From: Squalus acanthias
Taxonomy: Eukaryota
Reading direction: 5' to 3'
Length of the DNA stretch: 64,000 nt
Assembly (NCBI GenBank): GCA_030390025.1
Contig: CM059432.1
Coordinates: 146,942,001 to 147,006,000, forward strand
Shown here: positions 1 to 12,897 of the stretch, piece by piece
Layout: each line of letters opens with the position of its first letter
Numbering within the stretch: the stretch's first letter is position 1
Program-made: the position numbers and the translations under genes
Notes under the pieces: model-generated
Seen by the model: only the letters and a program-made list of their open reading frames with translations
Told to the model about the DNA's origin: nothing
Database searches by the model: none

Positions 1-615
1 TATTAGCCGTGGCATAGAATACAAGGGTTATGCTTCAACTGTATAAAACACTAGTTAGGCCTCAGCTAGAGTACTGCGTGCAGTTCTGGTCACCACATTA
101 CAGGAAAGATGTGATTGCACTGGAGAGGGTACAGAGGAGATTTACAAGGATGTTGCCAGGAGTAGATAATCTTAGCTATGAGGAAAGACTGGATAGGCTG
201 GGTCTGTTTTCCTTGGAACAGAGGAGGCTGAGGGGAGACCTTATTGAGGTGTATAAAATTATGAGGGGCAGAGATAAAGTGGATAGAAAGGACCTATTTC
301 CCTTAGCAGAGGGGTCAAAAACTAGGGGGCACAGATTTAAAGTAATTGGTGGAAGGTTTAGAGGGGATTTGAGGGGAAATTTCTTCACCCAGAGGGTTGT
401 GGGGGTCTGGAACTCACTGCCTGAAAGGGTGGTAGAGGCAGGAATCCTGACCACATTTAAAAAGTACTTGGATGGGCACTTGGGATGCTCTAACCTGCAG
501 GGCTACGGACCAAGAGCTGGGAAGTGGGATTAGACTGGATAGCTCTTTGTTGGCCGGCGCGGACACGATGGGCCGAAATGGCCTCCTTCCGTGCTGTAAC
601 TTTCTATGATTCTAC
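1..615 (+). mobile_element. CR1-group LINE 3' end (ORF2 C-terminus, 3'UTR, tail)
   Basis: ORF 30-533 LYKTLVRPQLEYCVQFWSP...FFTQRVVGVWNSLP; ends in ttctatgattcta tail. Confidence 0.9.
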
Positions 616-659
616 AGGGCAGCCCTGCAGTCCCCCGGCACAATTTACTTATCTAACCC

Positions 660-785
660 GAGGTATTACAGGATATGGGGCAAAGCCAGGTATATGGAGT
701 TAGGTCACAGATCAGCCATGATCTCACTGATTGGCGGAACAGGCTCAAGAGGCTAAATGACCTACTCCTGTTCCTATGTTCCGTT
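660..785 (+). mobile_element. CR1 LINE 3'UTR fragment
   Basis: cagatcagccatgatctc...ctactcctgttcctatgttcc; reverse complement of the CR1 tails at 1730 and 34330. Confidence 0.7.
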
Positions 786-1727
786 AAGGAGATTGACAAA
801 TTGTGGTCAATGACTCTGCTATCTCTTCTTTGACTTCCTTCAACAGCCATAGTGCGTGCCATCAGGACCCAATGATTCCTTTTCTACAGTTACCTCTAGC
901 AATTGTTCCATACTGTCCTCCAGCATGCCTGCATGCTCACTTCCATTGTCACTTGTAAAAAGTGACAAAACATATTTATTTAATATCACCATCATACCTC
1001 CATCCTCCACAGAGCTATACACTCTGAGCTGGTAGAAAGTAATAAATGGAGTGGCTTTCTAAACACAGTGGCGAGAGGAATTTGGTGAGAGTGGGAATTA
1101 GGTGCGGAAGGGGAAGGACGTGCTAAGTAGTTTAAACCAAAGAGCAACAGTAAATAAGTAAATAATTACACTGGAGGAATTATAAAACGTGACGTCATAA
1201 TCAACACACAGAGAGGAGCGTCAGAACCCGAAGAAATGAAGATAAGTATTTTGTTCAGTATCTAGATATCCCTTTGTGTGTTTAGCATCTTTAGCGGTCA
1301 GTGTTAAGCTTGAGTTAGTAAGGATTTAATATTAGTGCAAGTAAGTGTAAGACAAAGGAAAGCAAGCTAAGTGATTAAATACTAACTGCATTTAAAGATG
1401 CTAATAACTGATAAATAGTTAAGTAATTAATCATCGTAACTCATTACTAATTTATTTAAAATCAAGCTAAATCCACCAATTTAATAAAACTAGACCTCAA
1501 GTGACCAACTAGTTCCAGAAATAAACTACCGATAAATTAATCAATGATGACATGGCAGTGCGGGCAGTGTGTCAGGATTGTAGTATTTGGGAGTTTGTGG
1601 ACAACGATACCATCCCAGACTGTCACATCTGCCTCAAGACACTCCGACTCATAGTCATTGAATTGGAGTCCGAGCTACAGACACTCCAACACATCTGGGA
1701 GGAGGAGGAATTACTGTTCAATTTATA

Positions 1728-2355
1728 AGAACATAAGAAATAGGAGCAGGAGTAGGCCACTCGGTCCTTCGAGCCTGCTCCGCCATTCAATGAGATCATG
1801 GCTGATCTTCTGCCTCAACTCCATTCACCGGCCCTATCGCCATATCCCTTGATGCCTTTACTAGTCAGAAATCTATCGACTTCTGTTTTGAATATACCCA
1901 ATGACTGAGCCTCCACAGCCCTCTGGGGTAGAGAATTCCAAAGATTCACCACCTTCTGTGTGAAGAAATTTCTTCTCATCTCAGTCCTGAATGGCCTACC
2001 CTTTATCCTGAGGCTGTGGCCCCTGGTTCTAGACTCCCCAGCCAAGGGAAACATTCTCCCAGCATCCACCCTATCAAGCCCTGTAATAATTTTGTATGCT
2101 TCAGTGAGATCCCCTCTCATTCTTCTGAATTCAAGAGAATACAGGCCTAGTTTACGTAATCTCTTCTCATATGACAGTCCCGCCATCCCAGGAATCAATC
2201 TCGTGAAACTTTGTTGCGCTCCCTCTATGGCAAGTATATCCTTCCTTAGGTAAGGAGACCAAAATTGTACACCGTACTCCAGGTGTGGTCTCACCAAGGC
2301 CCTGTATAATTGGAATAAGACTTCTTTACTCCTGTACTCAAATCCTCTTGTAATT
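1728..2355 (-). mobile_element. 5'-truncated CR1 LINE nested in the ORF1 of the older CR1
   Basis: ORF 1815-2297 (-) VRPHLEYGVQFWSPYLRKD...; (aacataag)n tail at ~1728. Confidence 0.9.
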
Positions 2356-3257
2356 TAATCCAGAGTACAGTCACACACCAGAGGAAAGCACAGGTGCAGG
2401 AAGAGGAGAGTGTGACTGCTAGCCAGCCAGGTAAGGGGGACATAGAAGAGGTAGTGAATGAGGTCCAGCAGACACTGCACCTGTCCAACAGGTACAAAGT
2501 ACTCGATACCTGTGAGGATAAAGAGAAAGAGCGTGGGAAGGACAGCCAGAAAGCCGACCAAGGCACCATGGAGCAAGAAGAGGAGGTACAGAATAAAAAA
2601 GTTGTAGTTATAGAGGATTCTATATTTAGGGGGATATATAGTATTCTTTGTAGTCAGGATCGAGAGTCCCGACGGGTATGTTGCCTGGGTAAGGGACATC
2701 TCGAAGTGGCTGGAAAAAAACTTGGAAAGGGAGGGGAGGATCCAGTTGTTGCACTCCATATCAAAACCCACGATATAGGAAAGATTAGGGAAGAGGTCCT
2801 GCTAAGGAATGTCAGGAGTTAGGAGCTAAATTGAAAAGCAGAACCTCAGGGGTAATAATCTCAGGATTATTATCTGAGCCACATGCAAATTGGCACAGGA
2901 ACAAACAGATGATGAAAGTCAACACGTGGGTAAAGAAGTGATGTGGGAAGGAGGGGTTCCTTTTCATGGGACACTGGCACCAGTACTTGGACAGGAAGGA
3001 GCTGCACTGTTGGGACGGGCTGCACCTGAACCAGGCTTAGACCAAAGTCCTAGCAGAACGGATAACTAGGGCTTTAAATAAGACTTTAAACTAATAACAT
3101 GGGGTGGCGGGGGGGAAGGAACTGCTAGAAATTACAGAAACCTAACAATAAAAGAATCAGGAAAAGAGAGTAAAGGACAAACTAAAGCAAGAAATAAGGA
3201 TAGCACGAATGTAGAAAGATAAAAACAGAATCCAAATGGATTGAGTTAAAAGATAAA

Positions 3258-4145
3258 GGGGGAGAAATTCGGTATCGCCCCGTTTGGGGCGCAATTATCG
3301 GCCGGGCGCAAAGTTTAGCGCCTGGCGCTAATTATCGCCACCAACTGCAAACTTGACTTCTATCGCCCCTGGAGGTGATTGGAGCGCTAAATCAGGCGCT
3401 ACACACCTCTCTTAAGGCGCTAACGCCGAGGAGCGAGGCGCTACCTCAGAGCGCTGACGAAGCTCATGTGATATCAATCAGCAATGGAACACAGACACAC
3501 TGGCGCCGGCCAGTTCTTAAAGGGGAGGGTCGATCTTGCTCTCCATCCACACCCTGCTCATTGCAGCCTTGAATCTCGGCCTGGAGAGACCTGTACATCA
3601 AATCTGCTGGAAAGAACAATGGCGAGGCCCAGGGAAAGAGCTCAGAGTGCAGCCCCCAAAGTCTCTTCTAAATCGATGCAAGGAAGGTCAAATCAAAATG
3701 AACCTGCAAAGTGCTGCTCCATACCCAAAACTCCTTCACACAGCGTTGAATCTCTCCAGAAGTGTGTCTCTCTTTCAGAATGCGTGCTGCAAAAATATCG
3801 CCGACAAAAAAAGTCAGGAAGCGGCCGCCTATAAATAGTGCTCCCCCAGTCCCTTCCTGACTGCAAAACGCTCCCCTCAACCTGTCGTTGCTAGCGGCAG
3901 GTGGTAAGGCAGGGGGCGCCACTCAATATCCGGTCCGGGGCGCTACCGGGGCGTTGCGCACTCGACTGACGTCTCGATCTGCGGGCGTAGGAGATTGTGG
4001 CGGTAGTGTTTAGCGCCGTTGCAAAATGTCTGGTCAATTTCGCGAGCGGTGCAAACATCGCCGCGCCCGGGCACTAGTTGCTTTGCGCCCCGTTAGCGCC
4101 CTCTAGGCGCTAAAGGGAGGCATTAAGCAACCGAATTTTCCCCCC
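3258..4145. mobile_element. PIF/Harbinger non-autonomous element
   Basis: TIRs GGGGGAGAAATTCGGT ... ACCGAATTTTCCCCCC; many AGCGCC/GGCGCT subterminal motifs; short MARPRERAQ start resembling the Myb-gene starts of other copies; splits a CR1 EN domain. Confidence 0.8.
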
Positions 4146-5724
4146 AAGGGATCCATTACACTAATACGGGCATACTATAGACCACAAAATAGTGGAAGGG
4201 ATTTGGAGGAAGAAATATGTAGGCAAATCTACGAGGTGAGTAGCAGGCATAGAATAATAATCATGGGAGATTTCAACCACCCCCAAATAAACTGACAGGA
4301 AGAAATAGCAGAAGGAGAAAAGAGAGTCAAGGTTTTACAGTATATACAGGACTCCTTTCTCACTCAGTACATAAGAAGTTCAACAAGAAAAGAATCACTG
4401 CTGGATCTGGTAATGGGTAATGAACCAGAACAGCAAAGAGAAGTGAGAGTAGGAGAGCATCTTAGTAGCAGAATCTGTTGCAACAGGTGACATCTGTAGA
4501 ATGTAAAGAAATCAGCTGAAATCTCCAAGACTGTCATTCTAATATCTCCTCTGGGTAGTTCCAATCTTCTAATAGATATATCTATTTGTTTGGCAACTAT
4601 ATGTTTACCCTTTCTGTACTTTTAAGGACAGCATTTGTCAGGAGACCCACTCTCTGGAATGTGGAGCTGATGTAAATTAGTGTAAACCAGGAGCGACAGT
4701 CGTGGGGGAGGTGATGTACAGAGCTTTTAACCGAGGATAAAAAGTGAGACTATTATAAGAAAGTTAGGGGAAGGCTTACCCATTACTGATGTTAGACTCT
4801 TTGGAAATTACTTTGTTGTCCCATTTCTTCCCTACGTAAGGATATTTGAAAGATTGGTCAGAGCCTTTGCTATTTCCTCTCGGACTTCCCTCAGCATTCA
4901 AGGATCCATGCCATCAGGGTCTTGGGCCTTTTCCACCAATTTTTTTCAATACTTCTTTATCAATGATTGCCCTCTCTAATATTCAGCCTCCTTCTCTTGT
5001 ACCCTTTCCTTCCCAGCAGGACAATAAAAAGTTCCATTCATGTTTCCGCTAGATTGATTCCGGTGAAGAAGGCCCGTGGACCTTCCAGAATACCAAGCAT
5101 ATTATTTTTGCAGTACAGTATCTAATTGTTTCTTAATTGAGTCTAAATGGCCTCAATTATTTTTCGAGCAACCCATTCCGGCTGTTGCTCTGCGTGTAGA
5201 AAATACTTCTTGACATCTGTCCTGAATTTGTTCCAAACCTATGCCCTCTTGTCCTGCTGCATTGGCATATCCGAAGCTCCAGTTTGACAGCTTCACTGAG
5301 GGGCATGGAATGTCGGATTTCATACATGCTGTTCTTTAGGCAATGCTGCTGCTGAGGATTATTGGAATAGAGTGAGGTCACCACATATCAATGAAGGCTG
5401 CTGCACAAATCAGCAGCATTTTAATTGCAGTTTGTCTTAGGTTTCAAGATACAGAGGAAATCTTCTGTGTTGGTGGAGAGAGAGGCTTCACACATCTAAA
5501 GGTGAATATAGATTTTTCACTTCAGGTGCAGAGGGAGCTGGGATTTTTGACTGGATATCCAGTAATAGACCATTGCTACAACCCCTACTAGCATTCAATT
5601 AATATCAATCTTATACGAGGTTTAGACAAAGAAATCATCCCCACAACAGACCTTTCAAGCATTGTTCAGGCAGGCAGAAATCAGATAGAGGTCAGGGTGG
5701 CAACCATTGGCTGTCTCAAAGAAA

Positions 5725-5995
5725 GAACTCGCATTAATATTGTGTCTTTCACCACCTCAGGACATCCCAAAGAACTTTACAAGAACTGATGCACTTTTGA
5801 AGTATAGTCACTGTTGTAATGTAGAGATACATGGCAGCCAATCAGCCAAGGTCCCACAAACAGCAGGGAGATAAACAATCTGTTAAACTCTGTTAATGAT
5901 GTTGGTTGAGGGATAAATGTTGGCCAGGACACTGGGAGAACTCCCCTGCTCTTCTTCAAATAGTGCACTGGGATCTTTTATGTCTAGTCGAGAGG
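5725..5995 (-). mobile_element. Deu-domain SINE, 3' part
   Basis: Reverse-complement similarity to the full copy at 12898-13358. Confidence 0.75.
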
Positions 5996-6009
5996 GCATT
6001 TTAGACACT

Positions 6010-7768
6010 CGGCTGAATTTTACCGGCGCTCAGAGGCTGGGTTTAGAGGCGGGTCCGCTGTCAAAATCCAAAAGATTGAGAGCGGGGTGGTATCCTGCTC
6101 TAAACCTGCCTTCTTGTGAGTTTCCCCAGTACTGGCTCTACCTGCGCTTTGCAGACACGGCACTGAGCGGCGGGTCATACAATTGTACTTGTTAAGAGGC
6201 TGTTTAAGGCAAATTTAATCCCCATTTTACCAAGTACAAGGCATTTTCCCAAGTTTTCCACAAGGTTCCCGTCGCTCGGGGTTCAGGCCAGGTAAGTATG
6301 TCGGGTTCTGAACAACACTCCATTTCTTTCAATAGGTGACAGCTGCAAAAGTGGTTTTAAAACCTGCCATTTTACAGCTGCTCACTTTCCAATCTCAGAA
6401 GCTTCAGCTTTCAGTATTTAGAACCCACTTTTGAACTTTATGCACTTTTGAAGTATTTGGACGAATCTCTCTATCCACTGTCACCTCCTTGGAACAACCT
6501 ATCTCAACAATGACAGATTACTCCTGTCATCTCAACCTCACCTGCCATCCATTCCATCAGCATCGGTGCCCTTGAAGAAATCACACCTTGGTCCTCAGAA
6601 TCCCAACACGATCAGCCCCAACACCAGCATCACCGGGCACACCAGCAACACCAACATCAACACCAACCTTCTCCGCAATCAACTGATGCTGCACAGGGCA
6701 CAGCGATGACCTCACCATGTCCAGATTAGCTTCACTTAACACTGTACACCCTGGCTGCCACATGATGCACCAGGTTGGCACCACCCCACACCAGCACCAT
6801 AAAGCATCTCTACAATGTCCAAACCATTCCTTTCACACTCATCACCATTGCCGGGGGGGCGGGGACGTTGTTATGTCTCACCATTCACTGGAACTCACTA
6901 AGACACTTTCAAAGGCGCACACAAATCTGACCAAGAAGGCAAATTGGTGACATTAAGGATTTCAATGTTTGGCAACACATTAACAGAAAGTTTACACTAA
7001 CATTGGCTAAACCTCTCAAGTGCCTATCCTTGTGTGTTGTTAGTTGTTATGATTGGACGAGGATGAAGGTGAGTGTGAGGGGTGGCTACTGAGATGGGAA
7101 AGTGATAATATAGATAGAGAGGGATGGGTGGAGGTGCAAGGTAAGTTGGTGTGAGTAAGGATGTGCAGGAGTCGGGTAGGGAAGGCAGAGTGATGGGGAT
7201 GTGATGAGTGGCACAACAGGATGAGGTTGAGTGTGGCTTTGCAGTAACGTTTCGTGATCTACTGAGATCATTAAAATGTTTGCGCCACTGCAGCCAGGTC
7301 CTCCTGACCACATCCCTGCCTGTGTCCTCCTGTGCAATGTGCAACCAGGCTGTGTTGATCTCCTGGGGAGGACTCTTCCGCCCTTTGGAAGGGTAGAGAA
7401 CCTTCCTGCATGCTGGGACTCCCTCCAAAAGCACATGGAGGGAGTCAGGGAGAGCCTGGGTGCAGCCGTGAGCCTTGGTGCTGTGATTGTCAGTGTTTGC
7501 AGCACCTCAATGCTGTAGAACACTGACAGCACAACTGTCAAAATCAATTTGGACATGGCCCCTTTAAGGAAACCGGCTGATGACGCGTCATCAAATGACG
7601 TCATCAGACCCGCCTCCTTTTAATTGGCTGGGAACCTCACAGGGCGGGCTCAACAAGCCCCATCATCGTAAAATCTTGTTGGAGGCTGTGATCGGGACAG
7701 ATGCCAGGTCCCCACAAGCCACGGAGGTCGCCCACCCCAGACCTGCCGAGGTTGGAAAAATCCAGCCC
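6010..7768. mobile_element. PIF/Harbinger deletion derivative with Myb/SANT remnant
   Basis: TIRs GGCTGAATTTT ... AAAATCCAGCCC. Minus-strand ORF 7024-7434 includes AWLHIAQE...RRTWLQWRKHFNDL (trihelix Myb/SANT-like). Confidence 0.75.
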
Positions 7769-9539
7769 TCAAGATCAGCATCAAGCGCTCTCAGGTCAGA
7801 CAATGGTTTAAATGGACAGTAATGCTCCCTGTACTTAACCCAACAATGTGCCTCAGCCCCCCAACTCAGATGAACACCCCTGTTATCCCCTCTCCAGTGG
7901 TGCAATGTTTTCCATTTTCCTCACCATCTGTCAGGTGTCCTCCTTGAGTGTGGCTGCCAATTTAGTATTAACTAGGATTGGAGAAATGTGGCTCAAACCA
8001 GTCTTACCAAAGCATAGTGTTCTGGTATGCCAACCATAGGTGCCACAGTTAAGAGTCTGTGATGCCGAGCAGCTAAATCGAATTAAATCTCGGGACAGTT
8101 CTGCAGGAGGCACATATATTACTCAAGTAAGTGGTCAGATCAAAACCACCTTCTTGCTCTTTTCTCGCCTTAAATATTTTAAAGTTTAACCAAATTGTCC
8201 ATGCAGTTAGTGCCTCCTTAACCTGCAAATGTTAATGGTAAATCAGAGCCCTGAAATTGAGAGATTCTGCTCCTTGTATGGGGGGGGGGTCTCACTTGAC
8301 CAGAGTGAGATCAGAGAATCAGGCATGGATGTCAGTCAGTGTGATTCGAGATATTCCTGATTTTCCAGCCATTAAAATCAATGGGCAGAAAACGAGGAGT
8401 GCCATGAATCAGCGGCACTGACCTTCACACCCAATTCTCCTCCAGTCTGCCCTCCTGTTGAGCAAGCCTCCCCCAGATGGCAAACTCGCCAAACTTAACC
8501 CATGATGGCGCCATGGAGAGACAAAATAGTTTTAAAGGCCCATTTCAAAGATTTTGCATTAATTCATATCAACCCAAATTGTACTTTCAATACAAGGATG
8601 CACAGGTCCTTGCAAAGAAATGAACTTTTGCGCTCTTCAAGAGGATGGATGTCAGTGCTATGGACTCATGTGATCCTTCCAATTCTGTCACTCAATAGGC
8701 ATAAGCACTCTCAGATCAGGCTGAGATCCAAAATAAAGCATCTGTCCCAACAATTTACACTAACTGCAATCTCAGAGAGCACACAAACTTCAGCAGTGTG
8801 TCATTTCTATTTCGAACACCAGTTATCCTCATGACATCTCTGAGTGAGATTAACACTTTTTTTAGCGCTAATTTGGGGTCCTGTGGATTTGAGTTGACCC
8901 CACACAGATCTGGGTTGAGACTGCCCAAATTGATTTGGCTTCGGATCCTTGCAGCTATCAGAGAGGAGACCGTCTTTCCAACGGACTGAGCTGGAATCAA
9001 GCTGTGGTTCTGGAAGTCAAAGCAAAGTAATCAAACTGGCACCACTCTGACATTATGGCTGTCGGTCTCGAGCGGTTGCAGCAGATGTACCCTTACAGGC
9101 TTGATGTGCCCATTCCAGCCATGCAAGTGACCCTGTTCCTGGAATTTTGGATGGGATCCCATGTCTGGGCTAAGCAGGCACGGGTTCCGCTCCACCACAC
9201 TTGTACTGGCAGAACGGAACCCCAGGAATTTGGACGGCACTAATATTTTCTAGGGCACTAATTTTCTTTCCCATCTCCAGAAGGCACCGGACTCCATATT
9301 GAGAAATGGATCCACCGGCATTGGGGGACCCTTGAGTACCTTACCCCGCTGGCCATTATTTGTGTCTGAGTCTTGGCAGTGATTACCAGCAGGATTTTTC
9401 ACTTCGCGGTATCGCCAACAATCTGACACCCGCCCTATGCCCACAGAAATGGATTCTAACCCGGGCAGATTTTTTTTTAAATTTCATCAGCCAAGGGTTT
9501 CTGTGGAAAATTGTAGTGCTCCTGTTATCACAAAATACT

Positions 9540-11050
9540 ACAAAGTATTTACAGCAGAGAAACAGGCCATTCGGACCAACAGGTCCGTGCCGGTGTTTAT
9601 GCTCCACACGAGCCTCCTCCCAACCCTCTTCACTTAACCCCATCAACAGATCCTTCTATTCCTTCTCCCTCATGTGCTTCTCTAGCTTCCCCTTAAATCC
9701 ATCTGTGCTATTCGCCTCAACCACTCCCTGTGGTAGCGAGTTCCACATTCTCACCACTCTCTGGGGAAAGAAGTTTCTCCTGAATTCCCTATTGGATTTA
9801 TTAGTGACCATCTTACATTGATGGCACCAATTTCGGACTCGCCCACAAGTGGAAACATCTTCTCTATGTCTACCCGACCAAACCCCTAGAAATAAACCCC
9901 AGTGCTTTGTTTGCTTTTTTTTCTGGCATTATTAACCTGCATCGCTGATGTGTGTATCTGTGCCCCCAGAACCCTCTGTTCCTCTACCTCAATTACACTC
10001 TATGGGCTGGATTTTCATTGACCCGTGGAGGCGGGTTTGGAGGCGTGTGGGGGGTTAAAATAGCGAAAACTGGCGGGCGGGCACAAGCCTGCCTCCATCC
10101 CGCCTCCACGCAATTTTCATTAAATCGTGTCTGCTGGTCCCGACTCCGTCCCGCCTTTAAGAGGCGGGATAGGCTGTTAAGGCCCTTAACAAGCACTAAA
10201 TTGCCTCTATAATGCCATTTTGAAAGGCTTTTGTGATTTTAACCCTTTTTCTACATGAAGCACGACTGTTCTGAACCACGAATGTGAAACCTGGCGGGAA
10301 CACATTTGGATAGCTGACTATCAGCTGCAGGTCCACTATTACAACGGAGATGTGTAGGAGGAGGAGGAGGAGGAGGAGGAATAAACATATCTGGGAGTGG
10401 TGGTGGTGCAAAAATATCTGGGAGCAGACTTAGGGCTGCTGCTGCTCATTTTGCATCCAGGTCCTCACACAGCAAAGGCCAGGCAGTCTTTGCAGACCTT
10501 CAATGCAGCAGCAATGATGACATCATCAGCGGTGACTTTCAGACTGAAAACACTAATTGGTTCATGGGTTCCCACATGCTGGAACTCAATTGCCCAATTA
10601 GGTGAAAATCGCATCAATCTCCCACATCCAATTGCAGTCGGGTGGATAACACGACCCCAACCCGCCCCAGTATCAAAATCCAGCCCATTTTTTCCAACGA
10701 GTATGTGGCCTCCTTATTCTTCTGACTAAAATATATTACCTCGCACTTATCTATATTGAAGTTCATTTGCCAATTACACACCATTTCCGCAAGTTTGTTA
10801 ATGTCTTCCTGTGTGTTGTCGCAGTCCTCAAATTTTTAAATTGTACTTGCGATTCGCGAGTCTAAACCGTTTATGTGAATGTTGAACCACAGTGGTCCCA
10901 GCACTGATCCTTGTGGAGGACCAATTCCCACCATTTGCCAATCTGAGTCACTACCTTTAGCCCCTACCCTCTGCTTCCTGTTTTGTAGCCAGCCAGCTAT
11001 CTATTCTGCTACTTGTCCCCTGACCCCACATGTTTTGACCTTAGTCATCA
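9540..11050 (-). mobile_element. Decayed CR1 LINE, internally deleted and split by a MITE
   Basis: CR1 3'UTR and ORF2 C-terminus at 9540-9885; RT fragment (PQGSVLGPL on -) at ~10890-10920. Confidence 0.7.
10004..10686. mobile_element. Harbinger-type MITE
   Basis: TIRs GGGCTGGATTTT ... AAAATCCAGCCC; inverted homolog at 45072-45809. Confidence 0.8.
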
Positions 11051-11240
11051 CCTTGTTTACAAGCAACTATTTTAGCACAGACCAACGAGCAAACCTTAGG
11101 CCTTCCTAGCTTGTATGGTTCAGCATCTCCTAGAATAAATAGATAAATAACAGTACCACAACAGTCTTGAGGCAATCAACTGTGGAAAAATGGTAGCCAA
11201 ATTGCATGCAGCAAGATCCCACAACAATAAGTGAGGTGAA

Positions 11241-11898
11241 ATAACAACAGAAAATGCTGGAAACACTCAGCAGGCCAGGCAGCATCCGTGGGGAGAGAAA
11301 CAGAGTTAACATTTCAGGTCGATGACCCTTCGTCAGAACTGGAAAAAGTTGGAGATGTAACAGGTTTTAAGCAAGTGTAGGGGCAGGGAAAGGGGGAGGG
11401 GGGGAAGGAACTAACGGGACGGTCTGTGCTAGGATTGAAGGCAGGAGAGATTAAATGTTGCAAATGGGGATGGCAGAATCATCAACAGCTGCCGCCTGAA
11501 AAAATGGGGGCAGGGGTTATAATCTGAAATTGTTGAACTCAATGTTGAGTCCAGAAGGCTGTAAAGTGCCTAATATAAAGTCTGCCCCCATTTTTTCAGG
11601 CAGCAGCTGTTGATGATTCTGCCATCTCCATTTGCAACATTTAATCTCTCCTGCCTTCCACCCTATCACAGACCGTCCCTTTAGTTCCTTCCTCCTTCCT
11701 CCCCTCCCCCCCCTTTCCTGCCTCTGCACCTGCTTAGAACCTGTTACATCCCGAACTTTTTCCAGTTCTGACGAAGGGTCCCAGACCTGAAACGTTGCTT
11801 CTGTTTCTCTCTCCACGGATGCTGCCTGACCCGCTGAGTGTTTCCAGCATTCTCTGTTGTTATTTCAGATTTCCAGCATCCGCAGTATTTTGCTATTG
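11241..11898 (-). mobile_element. Penelope-like element 3' fragment with inverted pLTR (fold-back), inserted in a Deu-SINE
   Basis: GIY-YIG C-terminus GTLQPSGLNIEFNNFRL* at ~11517-11575 (-); ~280-bp arms inverted about ~11518-11583; 15-bp direct repeat aataagtgaggtgaa at 11226-11240 and 11899-11913. Confidence 0.85.
11764..11800 (+). ncRNA. Minimal hammerhead ribozyme motif (PLE family 1), stem I weakened
   Basis: AGTT-CTGACGA-agggtcccagacct-GAAACGTT; core intact but downstream stem I strand mutated (GCTT). Confidence 0.55.
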
Positions 11899-12111
11899 AA
11901 TAAGTGAGGTGAATGACTAATCTGTATTTCTGTGGGGGTGGTTGAGGGAGAAATGTTGGCCAGGGAACCATGGGAATACCCTGCTTTTCTTCAAATAGAG
12001 CCATGGAATCATTTATCTCTATCTGGACAGGTTGGAGCCTTGGTTTGCTCCAAAAGACGTCAGCTCTGATGATGCTGCAGTCTCTCAGTACTGCCTTGAG
12101 ATGTCAACCGC

Positions 12112-12460
12112 AGCAACTTGCATTCATCTAGCACCTATAACATAGTAAAATGTCCCAAGGTGCTTCACAGGAACGTTAACAGACAAAATTTGACACCGAG
12201 CCACATAAGGAGATAGTAAGACTGGCGACCAAAGGCTTGGTCAAAGAGGTAGGTTTTAAGGAGCATCTTAAAGGAAGAGAGAGAGGTAGATGGAGGGAAT
12301 TCCAGAGCTTAGGGCCTAGACAGCTGAAGGCACGGCTGCCAATGGAGGGGTGAAGGAAATTGGGGTTGCACAAGAGGGGAGAATTGGAAAAACGTGTTGT
12401 TCTCGAAGGGTTGTAGGGCTGGAGGGTGTTAGAGGTGGGGAGGGGCGAGGTCAAGGAGGG
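12112..12460 (-). mobile_element. L2 LINE 3' end
   Basis: IGSRAFSCLGPKLWNSL (ORF 12176-12454); tail shared with the Deu-SINEs. Confidence 0.8.
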
Positions 12461-12484
12461 ATTTCAGTCTGGATTATATGCTCA

Positions 12485-12580
12485 TGTTGTGGAGTAGGCA
12501 TGGAGCCCACAACCTTCTGATTTAGGTCCAGATTATGTGATCTTGTTGTGGAGTAGGCATGGAGCCCACAACCTTCTGAA
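12485..12580 (+). repeat. Local direct duplication of ~36 bp within a SINE head remnant
   Basis: tgttgtggagtaggcatggagcccacaaccttctga occurs twice (~12485 and ~12544). Confidence 0.8.
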
Positions 12581-12897
12581 TCAAACTGTAAGAAATAGAA
12601 ACCGAGCAGCTGCTGAATAAAATAGCGAGAAATTTGTCTCATCATCAGAGGGAAAATGTAAAATATTGCACACCCGCCTGAACTTTGTTAAATTGAGTGG
12701 GAGAGAACACGTGACTCTCTGATTGGGCTGTCGCCATAATCTCACCACCCATACAGAGCGTAAACGCACACTAACCAGACACAAATTGCTCAAATACATC
12801 AACGGTCAGCAAAGGATGAGGTCAAGTTGCTCCATATTGGAATTCAAAACGCCTTCCATTGGGAGCCCCAACATACGATGGAAATCTAAAACTCTCA

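Larger units (their letters stand above)
1030..4480 (+). mobile_element. 5' part of a decayed CR1 LINE (5'UTR, ORF1 with Zn-finger/coiled coil/SGNH esterase, ORF2 endonuclease), interrupted by nested insertions
   Basis: ATG at ~1552 with CQDC motif. ORF 2394-2822 VVVIEDSIFRG...RVCCL (GDS-esterase-like) and DGLHLN-type motif at ~3015. EN motifs WIELKD/K-GSITL..YYRP and MGDFNHP either side of the MITE at 3258-4145. Confidence 0.8.
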
